32,000 bases of DNA from Desulfuromusa sp. (GTDB taxonomy: Bacteria > Desulfobacterota > Desulfuromonadia > Desulfuromonadales > Geopsychrobacteraceae). A program made the translations under genes and the position numbers. Shown piece by piece: positions 1-10,493 of the stretch. Below the pieces are notes generated by a model, which saw nothing but the letters and a program-made list of their open reading frames with translations, was not told the origin of the DNA and did not search any database. Location of the stretch: contig JADGEB010000007.1 in assembly GCA_016744595.1 (NCBI GenBank), positions 30,012-62,011 on the forward strand, in the 5' to 3' direction. Numbering within the stretch: position 1 is the first letter of the stretch; the number at the start of each line of letters is the position of its first letter.

Positions 1-818
1 AAGGTCATTTGAGCTGCCGCTTCCCGCCCCTCAGTGTAAACAATCAAACCATTATTCAGAAAAAGATCGGCAACAGCAACAGCCTGATCCAAAAGACCAC
101 CAGGGTTATTACGTAAATCAAGGATCATTCCTTTTAATTGACCAGCATTATCCTGCCGCAACAATTCCAAGTGTTCCCTTAAATCATGGCCGGTTCGATC
201 TTGAAATTGTGAAACTCGAATATAACCATAATGCCCTTGCAGAAGATCACTCTTAACGCTCTGAATCTTGATAATATCGCGAACAATTGTAAAATCCAGA
301 AAATCATCTACTCCATGACGACGAACACTAATGGTAATCGCCTCCCCTTTTGGTCCGCGCATCATCCGGACGGCCTCCATAATCTCTAAGTCACGGGTCA
401 CTTTCCCATTGATTTTGATAATTTGATCTCCGGCTTGAATTCCGGCAGCATCCGCAGGAGTGTCTTCAATCGGTGAAACAATAATCAAATCACCATCCTT
501 AACCGTAATTTCAATCCCCAAACCGCCAAATTCACCATGAGTATCTGCCTGCATATCTTCATACATTTCTGGCGTTAGAAAACTGCTATGGGGATCTAAA
601 GTGTTGAGCATGCCACGAATCGCTCCATAAATGAGGTCATCCATGTCGACATCTTCAACGTAACTGGCTCGTACCAGTGAAAGAACATCGGTAAATATTT
701 CAAGATTTTTATAATCGTTTTCCTCATTGGCTAAAGCATAACTATTAAAGAAAGTCACGCTTAAACAAAAGATAAAAAGAAAGAAAATCGATGAAATAAG
801 TTGTTTAACTTTGAACAT
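1..818 (-). CDS. ctpA: S41 family carboxyl-terminal processing protease (CtpA/Prc-like); C-terminal part lies beyond the left window edge
   Basis: Absent from the ORF track because it runs off the window. Manual minus-strand translation from the ATG at 816-818 gives MFKVKQLISSIFFLFIFCLSVTFFNSYALA (signal peptide), then VSPIEDTPADAAGIQAGDQI (PDZ-like), then MILDLRNNPGGLLDQAVAVADLF (S41 LDLRxNxGG motif). Confidence 0.85.
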   Translation of the reverse strand, partial: MFKVKQLISSIFFLFIFCLSVTFFNSYALANEENDYKNLEIFTDVLSLVRASYVEDVDMDDLIYGAIRGMLNTLDPHSSFLTPEMYEDMQADTHGEFGGLGIEITVKDGDLIIVSPIEDTPADAAGIQAGDQIIKINGKVTRDLEIMEAVRMMRGPKGEAITISVRRHGVDDFLDFTIVRDIIKIQSVKSDLLQGHYGYIRVSQFQDRTGHDLREHLELLRQDNAGQLKGMILDLRNNPGGLLDQAVAVADLFLNNGLIVYTEGREAAAQMT

Positions 819-848
819 AAAACCTCTCAAATTTGACGGACTCTTGGT

Positions 849-1991
849 TTACTGATGTTTCAGCCAAGCTAGCGGGTTAACAGGAGAACCGTTGGAGCGA
901 ATTTCAAAATAAATACTGTCGCGACCGCCCAAACCACTATGTCCGAGTAAATCACCGGCAGAGACCTGATCTCCCAGTTTTTTATGCATCCGGTCAGCCT
1001 GAGCATAAAGAGTATGATATCCACCGGGATGACTGAGAATAAAAAGATTTCCGTAACCCTTGAAATAATCGGCAAAGACAATCTTACCAGCGGCAACTGC
1101 TCTAATTGGGCTTCCGGGAGGAACAGCTATCTCAATACCATTACTTTCATAGTAAGTTCCAAGTTTAGCGTCCTTTTGCTGACCAAACCCTATTACAACC
1201 CGGCCAATGACCGGCCAACCAAGCTTACCTCGTCCAACAGCAAAATTACCGGCAACTGAGCCAGTCGTAGAAAGCGGGGGTTTTTCAAGCTTGTTAATCA
1301 AAGATTTCAATCTTGCTGCATTTTTTTTCAATTGGGTCAGTTCTTGGGTCAGCTTCTTTTTATCAGTCCGCGCCTGTCTTAACAATTTTGCCTGTAATTG
1401 ACGTCCTTTCCCGGCAACTTGTCGCTGTTGCTTGGCCTTTTCGAGCAACTCGGACTGCTGCTGGCTCAAGGACTTCAATTCCAGTAACTGTTCTTGCTGC
1501 TCATGAATAACTTCTCGGTATTCTGCTAGCAACTCTTTATCATACTGAAGAACCTTGCTCAAATAATGATATTGTTGCGCCATCTCAGTCGGCGAATCCG
1601 CCGAAAAGAGGATTTTCAGCGGACCAGTTTCACCTTCCTTATAAAGAGCAACAAGTCTTTTATTTAATTGTAAACCAATCTTTTTAACACTTTTTTTACT
1701 ATTTGCAACTAACTTCTGGTATTGATCAATTTCTCCTCGCACTGTTTTTAGACTCAATTTTTGTGCTTTAATCTGTCGATTAATCTGATCCAATGTCTTA
1801 TTGATTAATGCGAGTTCCCTGCTGATATTGAGCTCTGATTTCTTTTTGTTGCGCAAAGTGGTTTCAGCACGATCAATTCTAGCTTTAATACTTTCTAATT
1901 GAGTACGATTGCTGGTCGGCGCTGCCCAGCAAAGGTTGATCAACAAAAAAAATATCAGCCAGTATATGGCAACTGAGAAAATTCTGACCAT
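849..1991 (-). CDS. envC: EnvC-like murein hydrolase activator: signal peptide, long coiled coil and a degenerate M23/LytM domain
   Basis: 380 aa. The N-terminus is hydrophobic and the central region is Q/K/L-rich coiled coil. The C-terminus (GIEIAVPPGSPIRAVAAGKIVFA...GYGNLFILSHPGGYHTLYAQ...IYFEIRSNGSPVNP) matches the M23 fold, but the HxxxD and HxH metal-ligand positions read SNGIE and SIY. It lies directly downstream of ftsEX. Confidence 0.8.
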   Translation of the reverse strand: MVRIFSVAIYWLIFFLLINLCWAAPTSNRTQLESIKARIDRAETTLRNKKKSELNISRELALINKTLDQINRQIKAQKLSLKTVRGEIDQYQKLVANSKKSVKKIGLQLNKRLVALYKEGETGPLKILFSADSPTEMAQQYHYLSKVLQYDKELLAEYREVIHEQQEQLLELKSLSQQQSELLEKAKQQRQVAGKGRQLQAKLLRQARTDKKKLTQELTQLKKNAARLKSLINKLEKPPLSTTGSVAGNFAVGRGKLGWPVIGRVVIGFGQQKDAKLGTYYESNGIEIAVPPGSPIRAVAAGKIVFADYFKGYGNLFILSHPGGYHTLYAQADRMHKKLGDQVSAGDLLGHSGLGGRDSIYFEIRSNGSPVNPLAWLKHQ

Positions 1992-1994
1992 TGG

Positions 1995-2891
1995 TTAGAT
2001 ACGGACAAAACGTCGCAAAGACGAAAGACTGCCGAGAACTCCTAGAACGACCCCGGAAAGAACAAGAATAATTTGCTGATTCAAAGTCAAAAAAAGGAGA
2101 TCAAAACTGCTCGGAGTCAGCCAGAAAGAATTGAGACTTCGTGAAATAACAAACACAAAAGAGAGAGTTAAAAAACCCAATGAGAGCAAACCACCCAGCA
2201 GACCCTGAATCGCCCCCTCAAGCATAAATGGAATCTTGATAAAACGCATTGTTGCCCCAACCAAGGCCATAATTTCCAACTCATCCCGTCTTGCATATAG
2301 GGTTAATTTAATTGTATTGGAAACGATAAACAAGGCTGCAAATAAGAAAAATCCACCGAGAACAACCCCTATGAAGCGCAACATTTGAACAAAATTATTA
2401 AAACGTTCAAGCCACTTCTGCCCGTAACGTAAATCATCGACTTCAATAATATTTTCCAGTCGTTCAATAACTGTGGATATTCCTTGTTGATTACGAAATG
2501 CCGCAGACAGCTCCAGCTCAAAAGAAGCGGGAAGCAAATCACGAGAAACCCCTTCCAGCAAACTGGCATCTTCGCCCAAATGCTTTTTGAAGCGCTTCAT
2601 CGCATCATTCTGGGAGATATAAGTAACCGACTCCACGCCAGGAATACTATTCAATTGCTTGGTAAACAAAGTAATATTGTTTCTGCTTGGAGTCTTTTGA
2701 AGATAGGCGACAACTTGAATCTCCTGAGTCCAGCGCAAGGCTAACTGTTCAATATTGACAACAACGAGAAAAAAAGTGGCGACAGTCGCCAAGGCGATTG
2801 CCATCGTCAAAATAGATGCGGAACAAAGAAACGGCCACTGTCGCATGTTGCGCAGGGCACGCAGAATAAAGTAGCGAATTTTATCCAGCAC
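1995..2891 (-). CDS. ftsX: Cell division ABC transporter permease FtsX
   Basis: 298 aa with one N-terminal TM segment, a periplasmic domain and three C-terminal TM segments. GTG start at 2889-2891 with GGAGG 8 nt upstream. It follows ftsE. Confidence 0.9.
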   Translation of the reverse strand: MLDKIRYFILRALRNMRQWPFLCSASILTMAIALATVATFFLVVVNIEQLALRWTQEIQVVAYLQKTPSRNNITLFTKQLNSIPGVESVTYISQNDAMKRFKKHLGEDASLLEGVSRDLLPASFELELSAAFRNQQGISTVIERLENIIEVDDLRYGQKWLERFNNFVQMLRFIGVVLGGFFLFAALFIVSNTIKLTLYARRDELEIMALVGATMRFIKIPFMLEGAIQGLLGGLLSLGFLTLSFVFVISRSLNSFWLTPSSFDLLFLTLNQQIILVLSGVVLGVLGSLSSLRRFVRI

Positions 2892-2945
2892 TGCTGGAAC
2901 CTCCAGTTCAACTTCTTACAGATTTATCAAAAAGAGCTACACCAT

Positions 2946-3620
2946 TTACACATGCAACGGCTGCTGATCACCAATCAGCTTGCCCTGATCAAGAGTAAGC
3001 ACTCGTCGCGGAAAACGTTCATTCAAGCTATGATTGTGAGTTGCAAGAAGAACGGTTGTGCCACGAGCATTTGCCTGTTTAAACAGATCCATAATCTCGA
3101 AAGTCACATCTTGATCAAGATTACCACTTGGCTCGTCAGCCAACAGAATCAGAGGATCCACAACCAACGCTCTAGCAATAGCTATCCGCTGCTGCTCCCC
3201 ACCCGAAAGCTCCAAAGGCTTTCGTTGCAGGCGATGCTCCAAACCGACTTCTTTTAAAGCCTGATATACTTTTTTACTGACCTCAAAGCGCTTCTTACCC
3301 TGAGCTTCTAAAGCAAATGCCACATTTTCATAGACAGTCCTACTCTGTAGCAGCTTAAAATCTTGGAATACCACTCCAATTTTGCGCCGCAAATAGGGGA
3401 CTTGACAGCTACGTATACGAGAAATATTTTGCCGATTAATCAGAATTTGCCCACGAGTCGGTTTTTCCGCAGAATAGAGCATCCGCAACAAAGTCGTTTT
3501 CCCGGCTCCAGAAGCTCCTGTAAGATAGACAAATTCCCCCTTGGTAATTTGCAGCGTGAGATCTCTGACTGCTGCAGAATCACCACCGTATTTTTTAGTA
3601 ACATTATATAGCTGTATCAT
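2946..3620 (-). CDS. ftsE: Cell division ATP-binding protein FtsE
   Basis: 224 aa. Walker A GASGAGKTT, ABC signature LSGGEQQR, Walker B LLLADEPSGNLD. Adjacent to ftsX. Confidence 0.92.
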   Translation of the reverse strand: MIQLYNVTKKYGGDSAAVRDLTLQITKGEFVYLTGASGAGKTTLLRMLYSAEKPTRGQILINRQNISRIRSCQVPYLRRKIGVVFQDFKLLQSRTVYENVAFALEAQGKKRFEVSKKVYQALKEVGLEHRLQRKPLELSGGEQQRIAIARALVVDPLILLADEPSGNLDQDVTFEIMDLFKQANARGTTVLLATHNHSLNERFPRRVLTLDQGKLIGDQQPLHV

Positions 3621-3736
3621 AGATGCTTCTATTACGTACTATCCAACAAAAGCAGGACAGTTCTGTTTTGACTAATAGCTGTATTGAACAGCAACCATTT
3701 TTATTCATTAAAAAAGAGAATCCTCTTCTCAAGAAA

Positions 3737-4738
3737 TCAACCCTGAGCCTGCACAGCGGTAATTGCAGAGACACTCACAATATCAGCAACAGAACAACCA
3801 CGCGACAGATCATTCACCGGTTTTGCCAAGCCTTGGATGATCGGACCAACCGCTTCAGCTCCAGCAAGACGCTCAACCAATTTATAGCCAATATTCCCAG
3901 CATCCAGATCAGGAAATACTAGCGTATTAGCTTGACCTGCAACACTGGATCCCGGAGCTTTCTTATCACCAACCTTTGGGATCAGAGCCGCATCAGCCTG
4001 CAATTCACCGTCAATAGCCAATTCTGGGGCTAACTCTCTTGCGATTTCAAGGGCCTTGATAACCTTGTCGCAGTCACTATGAGCAGCACTTCCCTTGGTG
4101 GAAAAACTAAGCATTGCAACCCGGGCATCGACTCCGAGGAAACTTTTACAACTGGCAGCAGTGCTGACAGCGATTTCTGCCAATGCCTGAGCATCAGGAT
4201 TTGGATTTACGGCACAATCAGCAAAACAAAGAGTCCCATTTTCACCAAACTCGGGAGTTTTAGTTACCATCAGAAAGACTGAAGAGACCGTATTCATCCC
4301 CGGTGCAGTTCCAACAACCTGAAATGCCGCCCGCAACACATCACCGGTCGTATTAGCCGCTCCTGCAACAGCACCACCAGCATCTCCCTTACGTACCATC
4401 ATGGAGGCAAAATAAAGGTTGTCAGTTGCAGTCAACAGGGCAACAGCCTCTTCATAACTTAAGTTTTTCTTCTTACGCAATTCGACCAGTTCATCAGCAT
4501 AAGCAGCGAGCAAAGTTGATTTTTCCGGTTCGATGATAGTCACCCCAACCAAGGAGACTCCAAGTTCTTCTGCCTTACTATTGAGAATTTCAGAATTACC
4601 CAACAACACAACTTTGGCCAGACTATCGCTAACAATCTGTGCAGAAGCTTCAATCATGCGATCATCATATCCTTCAGGCAGGACAACTGTCTGTAAATCG
4701 GTACGAGCCTTAGTTTTTATCTGGTCAACAAGATGCAT
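3737..4738 (-). CDS. pta: Phosphate acetyltransferase (short PTA_PTB-domain form)
   Basis: 333 aa. The whole length resembles Pta ([15 protein letters not shown]..., [13 protein letters not shown]..., [13 protein letters not shown]..., [14 protein letters not shown]). Confidence 0.9.
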   Translation of the reverse strand: MHLVDQIKTKARTDLQTVVLPEGYDDRMIEASAQIVSDSLAKVVLLGNSEILNSKAEELGVSLVGVTIIEPEKSTLLAAYADELVELRKKKNLSYEEAVALLTATDNLYFASMMVRKGDAGGAVAGAANTTGDVLRAAFQVVGTAPGMNTVSSVFLMVTKTPEFGENGTLCFADCAVNPNPDAQALAEIAVSTAASCKSFLGVDARVAMLSFSTKGSAAHSDCDKVIKALEIARELAPELAIDGELQADAALIPKVGDKKAPGSSVAGQANTLVFPDLDAGNIGYKLVERLAGAEAVGPIIQGLAKPVNDLSRGCSVADIVSVSAITAVQAQG

Positions 4739-5016
4739 CTTTTCCTCCTCTTATTATGGTAATATTCTATATCGTGACAGATGTGATATTTATACAACAA
4801 TTAATTAATGACTGAATTATAAGCTAACCTACAAGATGTAATTATTTCCAGTGACGAAGTTATACACGAATGTTAACTAACACGACGGTGCTGCTCACCA
4901 AACGTTATACACCACCAGCATATTTATACCATGGCGAAATAGAGGGTCAATCATTTTCACTTCTACCAGCCTACTGGTCTGGTCGTAACGACAGACTCTC
5001 GGTATAATCGCTGAAT

Positions 5017-6009
5017 ATGCCCCCTCATTATTCGACAAAATCAAAACGGACTGATGATCGATCGAAGCTGCTCATCGTCAGCCTGTTGTTATCACTAGGA
5101 CTGCATCTGATCGTGGTACTCGCCCTCCCTCTCATACAAGAAGACAAATCACAACCATGGCAACAACAGCCTACAATAGTTCATCTTGTTGATATGCCAG
5201 TTAATACAAAAAAACCACAGCAACAAGGACCAGTAGAATTTGAGATAGACCAATCCCCCCCCAATCAACCACCAGAGATCCCCGTTGAATCATTTCGCAA
5301 AGCAGATCATGATCAGAAAGTAATACGAGAACAAGCCCCTAGAGGCGAGGATGTTCGTGATCAGACATCAAAATTGCCAAACACAACGCTTCCTCTACAA
5401 CCTAAACAAAAACTGAAAACTCAAGAGGAGACCAAATCACTCTCAAAAAAACCCCCTGAGATACCTCGTCCAATTGAAGTAAAAACGCTAAAGAAAACAG
5501 CAAAAAAAACTTTACCGACAACCCCCCAAAAAAAACAAGAGCAGTGGTCTCAGCCGCCGCCCCTAACCCCTGACCAACTACGCCCCAACCTAAGAACCTT
5601 GGAGCAGATTGCCAACGGGAGTCAAGGATCGCGCAATCGGGTCAAAGAACGAAAAAACATTGAGATTGGCGATACTGTTTGGCTAAACCTGCAACAAAAC
5701 TTGCTGATTTCCTTCTTTCGCCGCTTTCACGATCAGATCGAACTTGTCTGGAATTACCCAGTTGAAGCAGCAATAAAAGGAATTGAAGGAACATTGGAGC
5801 TTCTCATTACGGTCAACAAAAAGGGGCAGCTAATTGATGTTGACTTACTGCAGACCAGCGGCTCAGACCTACTTGATTTTGAAGCAATCCAAGCAATTTA
5901 TCGCGCCGCACCATTTGGACCAATGACAAAACATTATCCACACGAAATACTAAAAATACGTGCCCATTTCAGTTACAGAATGACTGGTCAGTATATTTAT
6001 GGTCGATAA
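5017..6009 (+). CDS. TonB family protein (N-terminal TM anchor, P/K/Q-rich linker, TonB C-terminal domain)
   Basis: 330 aa. TM segment LLIVSLLLSLGLHLIVVLALPLI, a proline/lysine-rich spacer, and C-terminal YPVEAAIKGIEGTLELLITVNKKGQLIDVDLLQTSGSDLLDFEAIQAIYRAAPFGP matching the TonB_C pattern. No exbB/exbD nearby. Confidence 0.75.
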   Translation: MPPHYSTKSKRTDDRSKLLIVSLLLSLGLHLIVVLALPLIQEDKSQPWQQQPTIVHLVDMPVNTKKPQQQGPVEFEIDQSPPNQPPEIPVESFRKADHDQKVIREQAPRGEDVRDQTSKLPNTTLPLQPKQKLKTQEETKSLSKKPPEIPRPIEVKTLKKTAKKTLPTTPQKKQEQWSQPPPLTPDQLRPNLRTLEQIANGSQGSRNRVKERKNIEIGDTVWLNLQQNLLISFFRRFHDQIELVWNYPVEAAIKGIEGTLELLITVNKKGQLIDVDLLQTSGSDLLDFEAIQAIYRAAPFGPMTKHYPHEILKIRAHFSYRMTGQYIYGR

Positions 6010-6011
6010 CC

Positions 6012-6039
6012 AAAAAAAATGCCCGGACAAGCCGGGCAT
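6012..6039 (-). terminator. Rho-independent terminator ending the gcv operon (possibly bidirectional)
   Basis: Stem ATGCCCGG (6019-6026) pairs with CCGGGCAT (6032-6039) around a 5-nt loop. The plus-strand A8 run at 6012-6019 gives a U-tract after the hairpin on the minus strand. It lies between convergent genes. Confidence 0.8.
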
Positions 6040-6055
6040 AATAAAGAAACTGGAA

Positions 6056-7513
6056 TTATTCCTGCGACCAACGCAAAATTGGCTTACGCGCAGCTGTCGC
6101 CTCATCTAACCTTTTAACCTTTGCTCGAACTGGTGCTTGTTTGAGCAACTCTGGAGCGGTCTTTGCTTCCTCAGCAATCGCCAGCAAAGCATCACAGAAC
6201 TCATCAATCATCTGTTTGCTTTCGGTCTCGGTCGGTTCAATCATCAATGCTCCATGCACAACCAACGGGAAATAAATTGTCGGCGGGTGATAACCATAAT
6301 CGATCAGTCGCTTGGCAACATCTAGGGTATGACAATCATTCTGCAGAGAATCTTCTGAAAATACTACCTCATGCAACGAGCGTTGCTTATTGGGTAAATC
6401 ATACTCCCCCTCTAGCCGGGCTCGAATATAATTGGCGTTAAGAACAGCCAGCTCAGTGGCACGTTTCAACCCTTCCCCACCCATAGATAAAATATAGCTG
6501 TAGGCACGGACTAAAATACTAAAGTGTCCATAAAATGATTTCAATCGCCCAATTGACTTCGGTCGATTATATTCAAGCTTATAAACATCATCATCTTTGA
6601 TCACAACTGGAACAGGGAGAAATGGTTCTAATTTTTCTACCACTCCAACTGGACCGGAACCTGGACCACCGCCACCATGCGGAGTAGAGAAGGTTTTATG
6701 GAGGTTAAAGTGCATGACGTCGATACCAATATCGCCAGGTCGACTGATCCCCATCAGCGCATTAAGATTAGCGCCATCAGCATAAACCAATCCGCCACGC
6801 TCGTGAACCAACTCGCAGATTGCACGGATATCAGACTCAAACAAACCAAGAGTATTGGGGTTAGTCACCATCAACGCAGCGACATCATCATCCATTACAG
6901 CAGCCACTGCTTCCTTACTCAAAACCCCATCCGAAGCAACAGTAATAACTTCATAACCGCAAAGAGCAGCAGATGCAGGATTAGTCCCATGGGCAGTATC
7001 GGGGATAATAACTTTATGCCGCTTTTGACCGTTAGCTTCATGCCAGGCACGTATCATCAACATTCCCGCAAATTCGCCCTGAGCACCAGCAGCTGGCTGC
7101 AAAGTCATTGCAGGAAATCCGGAGACTTCCTCCAGATCACGTTGTAAATTGTACATCAATTCCAAGGCACCCTGATTCAGCAATTCAGGAGTCTGAGGAT
7201 GGATATCTGCAAAGCCAGGAAAGCGAGCCGCCGCTTCATTAACTTTGGGATTGTATTTCATTGTGCAGCTACCCAGTGGATAAAAGCCACTGTCTACACC
7301 ATAATTCCAAGTCGATAAACGAGTGTAATGGCGTACAACATCAACTTCTGAAAGCTCAGGAAAACTTTCTATTTCCTCCCGTATCAAACGACTTTCAGGG
7401 AACACCTCCGGGACATCTAAACCGGTAATACTGTACCCAACCCGACCGGGCTGAGACTTTTCAAATAAAAGATTTTCATCCAAAACTAAGCCACGACCTG
7501 CTGTGCTAATCAT
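6056..7513 (-). CDS. gcvPB: Glycine dehydrogenase (decarboxylating) subunit 2
   Basis: 485 aa. PLP-lysine region HFNLHKTFSTPHGGGGPG. The start overlaps the gcvPA stop in ATGA (7510-7513). Confidence 0.95.
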   Translation of the reverse strand: MISTAGRGLVLDENLLFEKSQPGRVGYSITGLDVPEVFPESRLIREEIESFPELSEVDVVRHYTRLSTWNYGVDSGFYPLGSCTMKYNPKVNEAAARFPGFADIHPQTPELLNQGALELMYNLQRDLEEVSGFPAMTLQPAAGAQGEFAGMLMIRAWHEANGQKRHKVIIPDTAHGTNPASAALCGYEVITVASDGVLSKEAVAAVMDDDVAALMVTNPNTLGLFESDIRAICELVHERGGLVYADGANLNALMGISRPGDIGIDVMHFNLHKTFSTPHGGGGPGSGPVGVVEKLEPFLPVPVVIKDDDVYKLEYNRPKSIGRLKSFYGHFSILVRAYSYILSMGGEGLKRATELAVLNANYIRARLEGEYDLPNKQRSLHEVVFSEDSLQNDCHTLDVAKRLIDYGYHPPTIYFPLVVHGALMIEPTETESKQMIDEFCDALLAIAEEAKTAPELLKQAPVRAKVKRLDEATAARKPILRWSQE

Positions 7514-8859
7514 GCCTCACCTCCTGCCAAAGCTACCACCAATCGGTCAATCTGCTCCCGGCTGTTCTGTTCAGTGACACAAATCAACAGACCATCTTCT
7601 AAGCCCGAGTAATCTCTTCCCAAGGAAATTCCAGCAAGGATACCTTGCTGTTCCAAACGCGTTTTTAAACTGGCAACCGACTCGGAACAGGTAATGACAA
7701 ATTCATTGAACGACTCACCAGAAAAAGGCACAGCAAAACCATCCAGCTGAGCGATTTTTTCCTTTGCATAGGTCGCCTTTGCATAGTTAACCTGTGCCAA
7801 CTGACGTAGCCCCTGCTTCCCGTGCAGAGCGAGATAAATGCTGACCATCAAAATACACATCCCCTGATTTGAACAAATATTTGATGTCGCTTTTTCACGT
7901 CGGATATGTTGTTCACGAGTTGCCAGAGTCAGAACAAAGCCTCTTTGACCATCTTGATCAATCGTCTCACCAACCAATCGTCCCGGCAGAACCCGCATAT
8001 CTTTTTTACGTACAGCAAAGAATCCAATACCAGGACCACCGTAAGAAAGGGGCACACCAAAGCTCTGACCCTCACCAACAACAACATCTGCTCCAAGATC
8101 ACCAGGTGATTTGTATAGAGCCAGAGCTAATGGCTCGGCAACTGCAGCTACCAGACGACTTCCAGACGCGTGAGTCAGTTCAGAAATAGCAGCGAGGTCT
8201 TCAATTTGACCAAAATAGTTTGGGTAGCCAACAACCACTGAAGCAACCTGGTCGTCAAGTAACTCTTTCAACGCCGCTTGATCGGTTACACCATCCTGCA
8301 GAGGAACGTCAACCAAATTCACCTGCAGATAGCGGCAATAAGTAGCAACTGTCTCTCTGTATTGTGGTGGCAACGCCTGTGACAACAACACTTTATTGCG
8401 CTTTTTCCCTGCACGTATCGTCAGCAAAACCGCTTCTGCACAAGCAGAAGCACCGTCATACATTGATGCATTTGCAACGTCCATCCCGGTTAATTGACAT
8501 ATCAAAGTCTGAAACTCAAAGATAGCCTGCAGAGTCCCCTGACTTATCTCAGGTTGATATGGGGTATAGGCAGTGTAGAATTCACTACGACTGACAAGTT
8601 GATCGATAACAGATGGGATAAAATGGTTATAAGCACCACCACCGAGAAAAGAATCCCAGTCAGATGTTTTGGTATTTTGCTCTGACAGTCCACGCAAAAA
8701 ACCCAATGTTTCAGCTTCCGACTTTGCAGCAGGTAAATCGAGAGGTCTTTTTAGCCGACAGTCTTCTGGTACTCCAGAAAACAACTCGTCAATATTTGAC
8801 ACCCCAATCTGCGCGAGCATCTGCTGCACATCTACTTCCGTATGAGGTAGATAACGCAT
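7510..8859 (-). CDS. gcvPA: Glycine dehydrogenase (decarboxylating) subunit 1
   Basis: 449 aa. MRYLPHTE...FYTAYTPYQPEISQGTLQAIFEFQT is typical of the P-protein alpha subunit. Translationally coupled to gcvPB. Confidence 0.95.
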   Translation of the reverse strand: MRYLPHTEVDVQQMLAQIGVSNIDELFSGVPEDCRLKRPLDLPAAKSEAETLGFLRGLSEQNTKTSDWDSFLGGGAYNHFIPSVIDQLVSRSEFYTAYTPYQPEISQGTLQAIFEFQTLICQLTGMDVANASMYDGASACAEAVLLTIRAGKKRNKVLLSQALPPQYRETVATYCRYLQVNLVDVPLQDGVTDQAALKELLDDQVASVVVGYPNYFGQIEDLAAISELTHASGSRLVAAVAEPLALALYKSPGDLGADVVVGEGQSFGVPLSYGGPGIGFFAVRKKDMRVLPGRLVGETIDQDGQRGFVLTLATREQHIRREKATSNICSNQGMCILMVSIYLALHGKQGLRQLAQVNYAKATYAKEKIAQLDGFAVPFSGESFNEFVITCSESVASLKTRLEQQGILAGISLGRDYSGLEDGLLICVTEQNSREQIDRLVVALAGGEA

Positions 8860-8928
8860 AATTATCCTTTCAACTATTACATTAACTTACAGTGACCAAC
8901 AATATAATATAGCAGAAGAACTAAAGCG

Positions 8929-9312
8929 TTAGTCCTTTTCTACAAATTTTTGGTAAGTAGCAACATCCATTAGTGCATCCAAGGCTGCTGTATCTGCTAG
9001 CTTAAGCTTGATCATCCAACCATCATCATAGGGAGAGGTATTCAGAACTTCAGGATCATCTGGAAGCTCTTCATTCACCTCTACGACCTCGCCACTGACC
9101 GGAGCATAGACATCGGAAACCGCCTTGACCGACTCAACAACACCAAAAGATTTTCCAACTTCCAAACTGTCACCAACTTCAGGCAATTCGACAAAAACGA
9201 TATCGCCCAGCTGGTCTTGAGCAAAATCGGTAATACCGATAGTGACAACATCATCTTCTATCAGTACCCATTCATGATCTTCGGTGTATTTAAATTCCTC
9301 TGGAAAATTCAT
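8929..9312 (-). CDS. gcvH: Glycine cleavage system H protein
   Basis: Lipoyl-lysine motif VESVKAVSDVYAPVSGEV. The ORF track opens at a GTG (9339), but GAGGAGG at 9318-9324 sits 5 nt upstream of the ATG at 9310-9312 (MNFPEEFKYTEDHEWV, a canonical GcvH N-terminus). The ATG at 9315 is the alternative. Confidence 0.9.
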   Translation of the reverse strand: MNFPEEFKYTEDHEWVLIEDDVVTIGITDFAQDQLGDIVFVELPEVGDSLEVGKSFGVVESVKAVSDVYAPVSGEVVEVNEELPDDPEVLNTSPYDDGWMIKLKLADTAALDALMDVATYQKFVEKD

Positions 9313-9380
9313 CATTTCCTCCTCAATAGAAAAGCCCACAGGGCGTGAATTATTATGCCTCCCCCTTACCTAATCCCAAA

Positions 9381-10466
9381 TCATACAAATGGTAGTGTCG
9401 TTCGTTCAGCTGGAATTCGACGTTTACGAATTCCAATTTCTAGCGGTTGATCGCTATCTGCTGCGATGGTTTCTACCAAAGCCAATGCTATCCCCTTTTT
9501 TAAGCTTGGTGACATCGTGCCACTGGTTACATAACCAACTTCCTTACCTTCACTAAGAACTGGATATCCTTCCCGCGGCACTCCAGAAGTCGTCAGAGTC
9601 AGGGCAATCAGCTTACGAGGAAGGCCAGTTTCTTTAGCTTTGAGCATAGCATCACGACCAACAAAATTACCTTTTTTCAGTTTTGTGATCCATGCTAGAC
9701 GCGCCTCGATGGGCATAATGTCTGCGGTAATTTCATGACCGTATAGTGCGTAGGCTTTTTCTAAACGAAGTGTATCACGTGCACCAAGACCAATCGGCTC
9801 TAAACCCATGGGCTGACCAGCAGTCATCAGTTCTTGCCAGAGTAAGGCTCCATCAGCGGCTGCACAATAAAGCTCAAAACCATCCTCACCAGTGTATCCG
9901 GTACGTGAGATAATCATATCAATCCCTGCAACAGTCCCCTGAACAAAACGGTAAAACTTTATTGCCGCAAGATCCACTGTGGTCAGTTTTTCAAGAATTT
10001 TTGATGCAACAGGCCCCTGCAATGCCAGCTGGGCATATTCCTCGCTACGGTTGGTCAAGCTCAAGTCATTAAACTCAGAAGCCTTCTGTAAACCTTGCAA
10101 CCAGGCAAAATCCTTATCACTGTTGGAAGCATTAACACAGAGGAGATAGCGATCCACAGCAAATCGATAAAGGGTCAAATCATCAACTACGCCACCAGTT
10201 TCATAACATAAAGCGGTATATTGAACCTGACCATCCACCAAGGTTGAGACATCATTAGTCGTAGCATACTGCAGAAAATCAAAGGCATGATGACCAGAAA
10301 CCTCAATCTCCCCCATATGGGAAACATCGAACAGGCCAGCCGTTGTCCTAACCGCTAAATGCTCAGCAATGACACCAGAATACTGTACTGGCATATCCCA
10401 TCCACCGAAATCAACCATGCGAGCACCCAGTTGACGGTGAATTTGATTTAAAGGTGTAGTTTTCAT
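9381..10466 (-). CDS. gcvT: Aminomethyltransferase (glycine cleavage T protein)
   Basis: 361 aa. [29 protein letters not shown]...DVSHMGE matches GcvT along its length. Confidence 0.95.
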   Translation of the reverse strand: MKTTPLNQIHRQLGARMVDFGGWDMPVQYSGVIAEHLAVRTTAGLFDVSHMGEIEVSGHHAFDFLQYATTNDVSTLVDGQVQYTALCYETGGVVDDLTLYRFAVDRYLLCVNASNSDKDFAWLQGLQKASEFNDLSLTNRSEEYAQLALQGPVASKILEKLTTVDLAAIKFYRFVQGTVAGIDMIISRTGYTGEDGFELYCAAADGALLWQELMTAGQPMGLEPIGLGARDTLRLEKAYALYGHEITADIMPIEARLAWITKLKKGNFVGRDAMLKAKETGLPRKLIALTLTTSGVPREGYPVLSEGKEVGYVTSGTMSPSLKKGIALALVETIAADSDQPLEIGIRKRRIPAERTTLPFV

Positions 10467-10493
10467 CAGTAAGCTCCTAATAAAAAGATTAAA

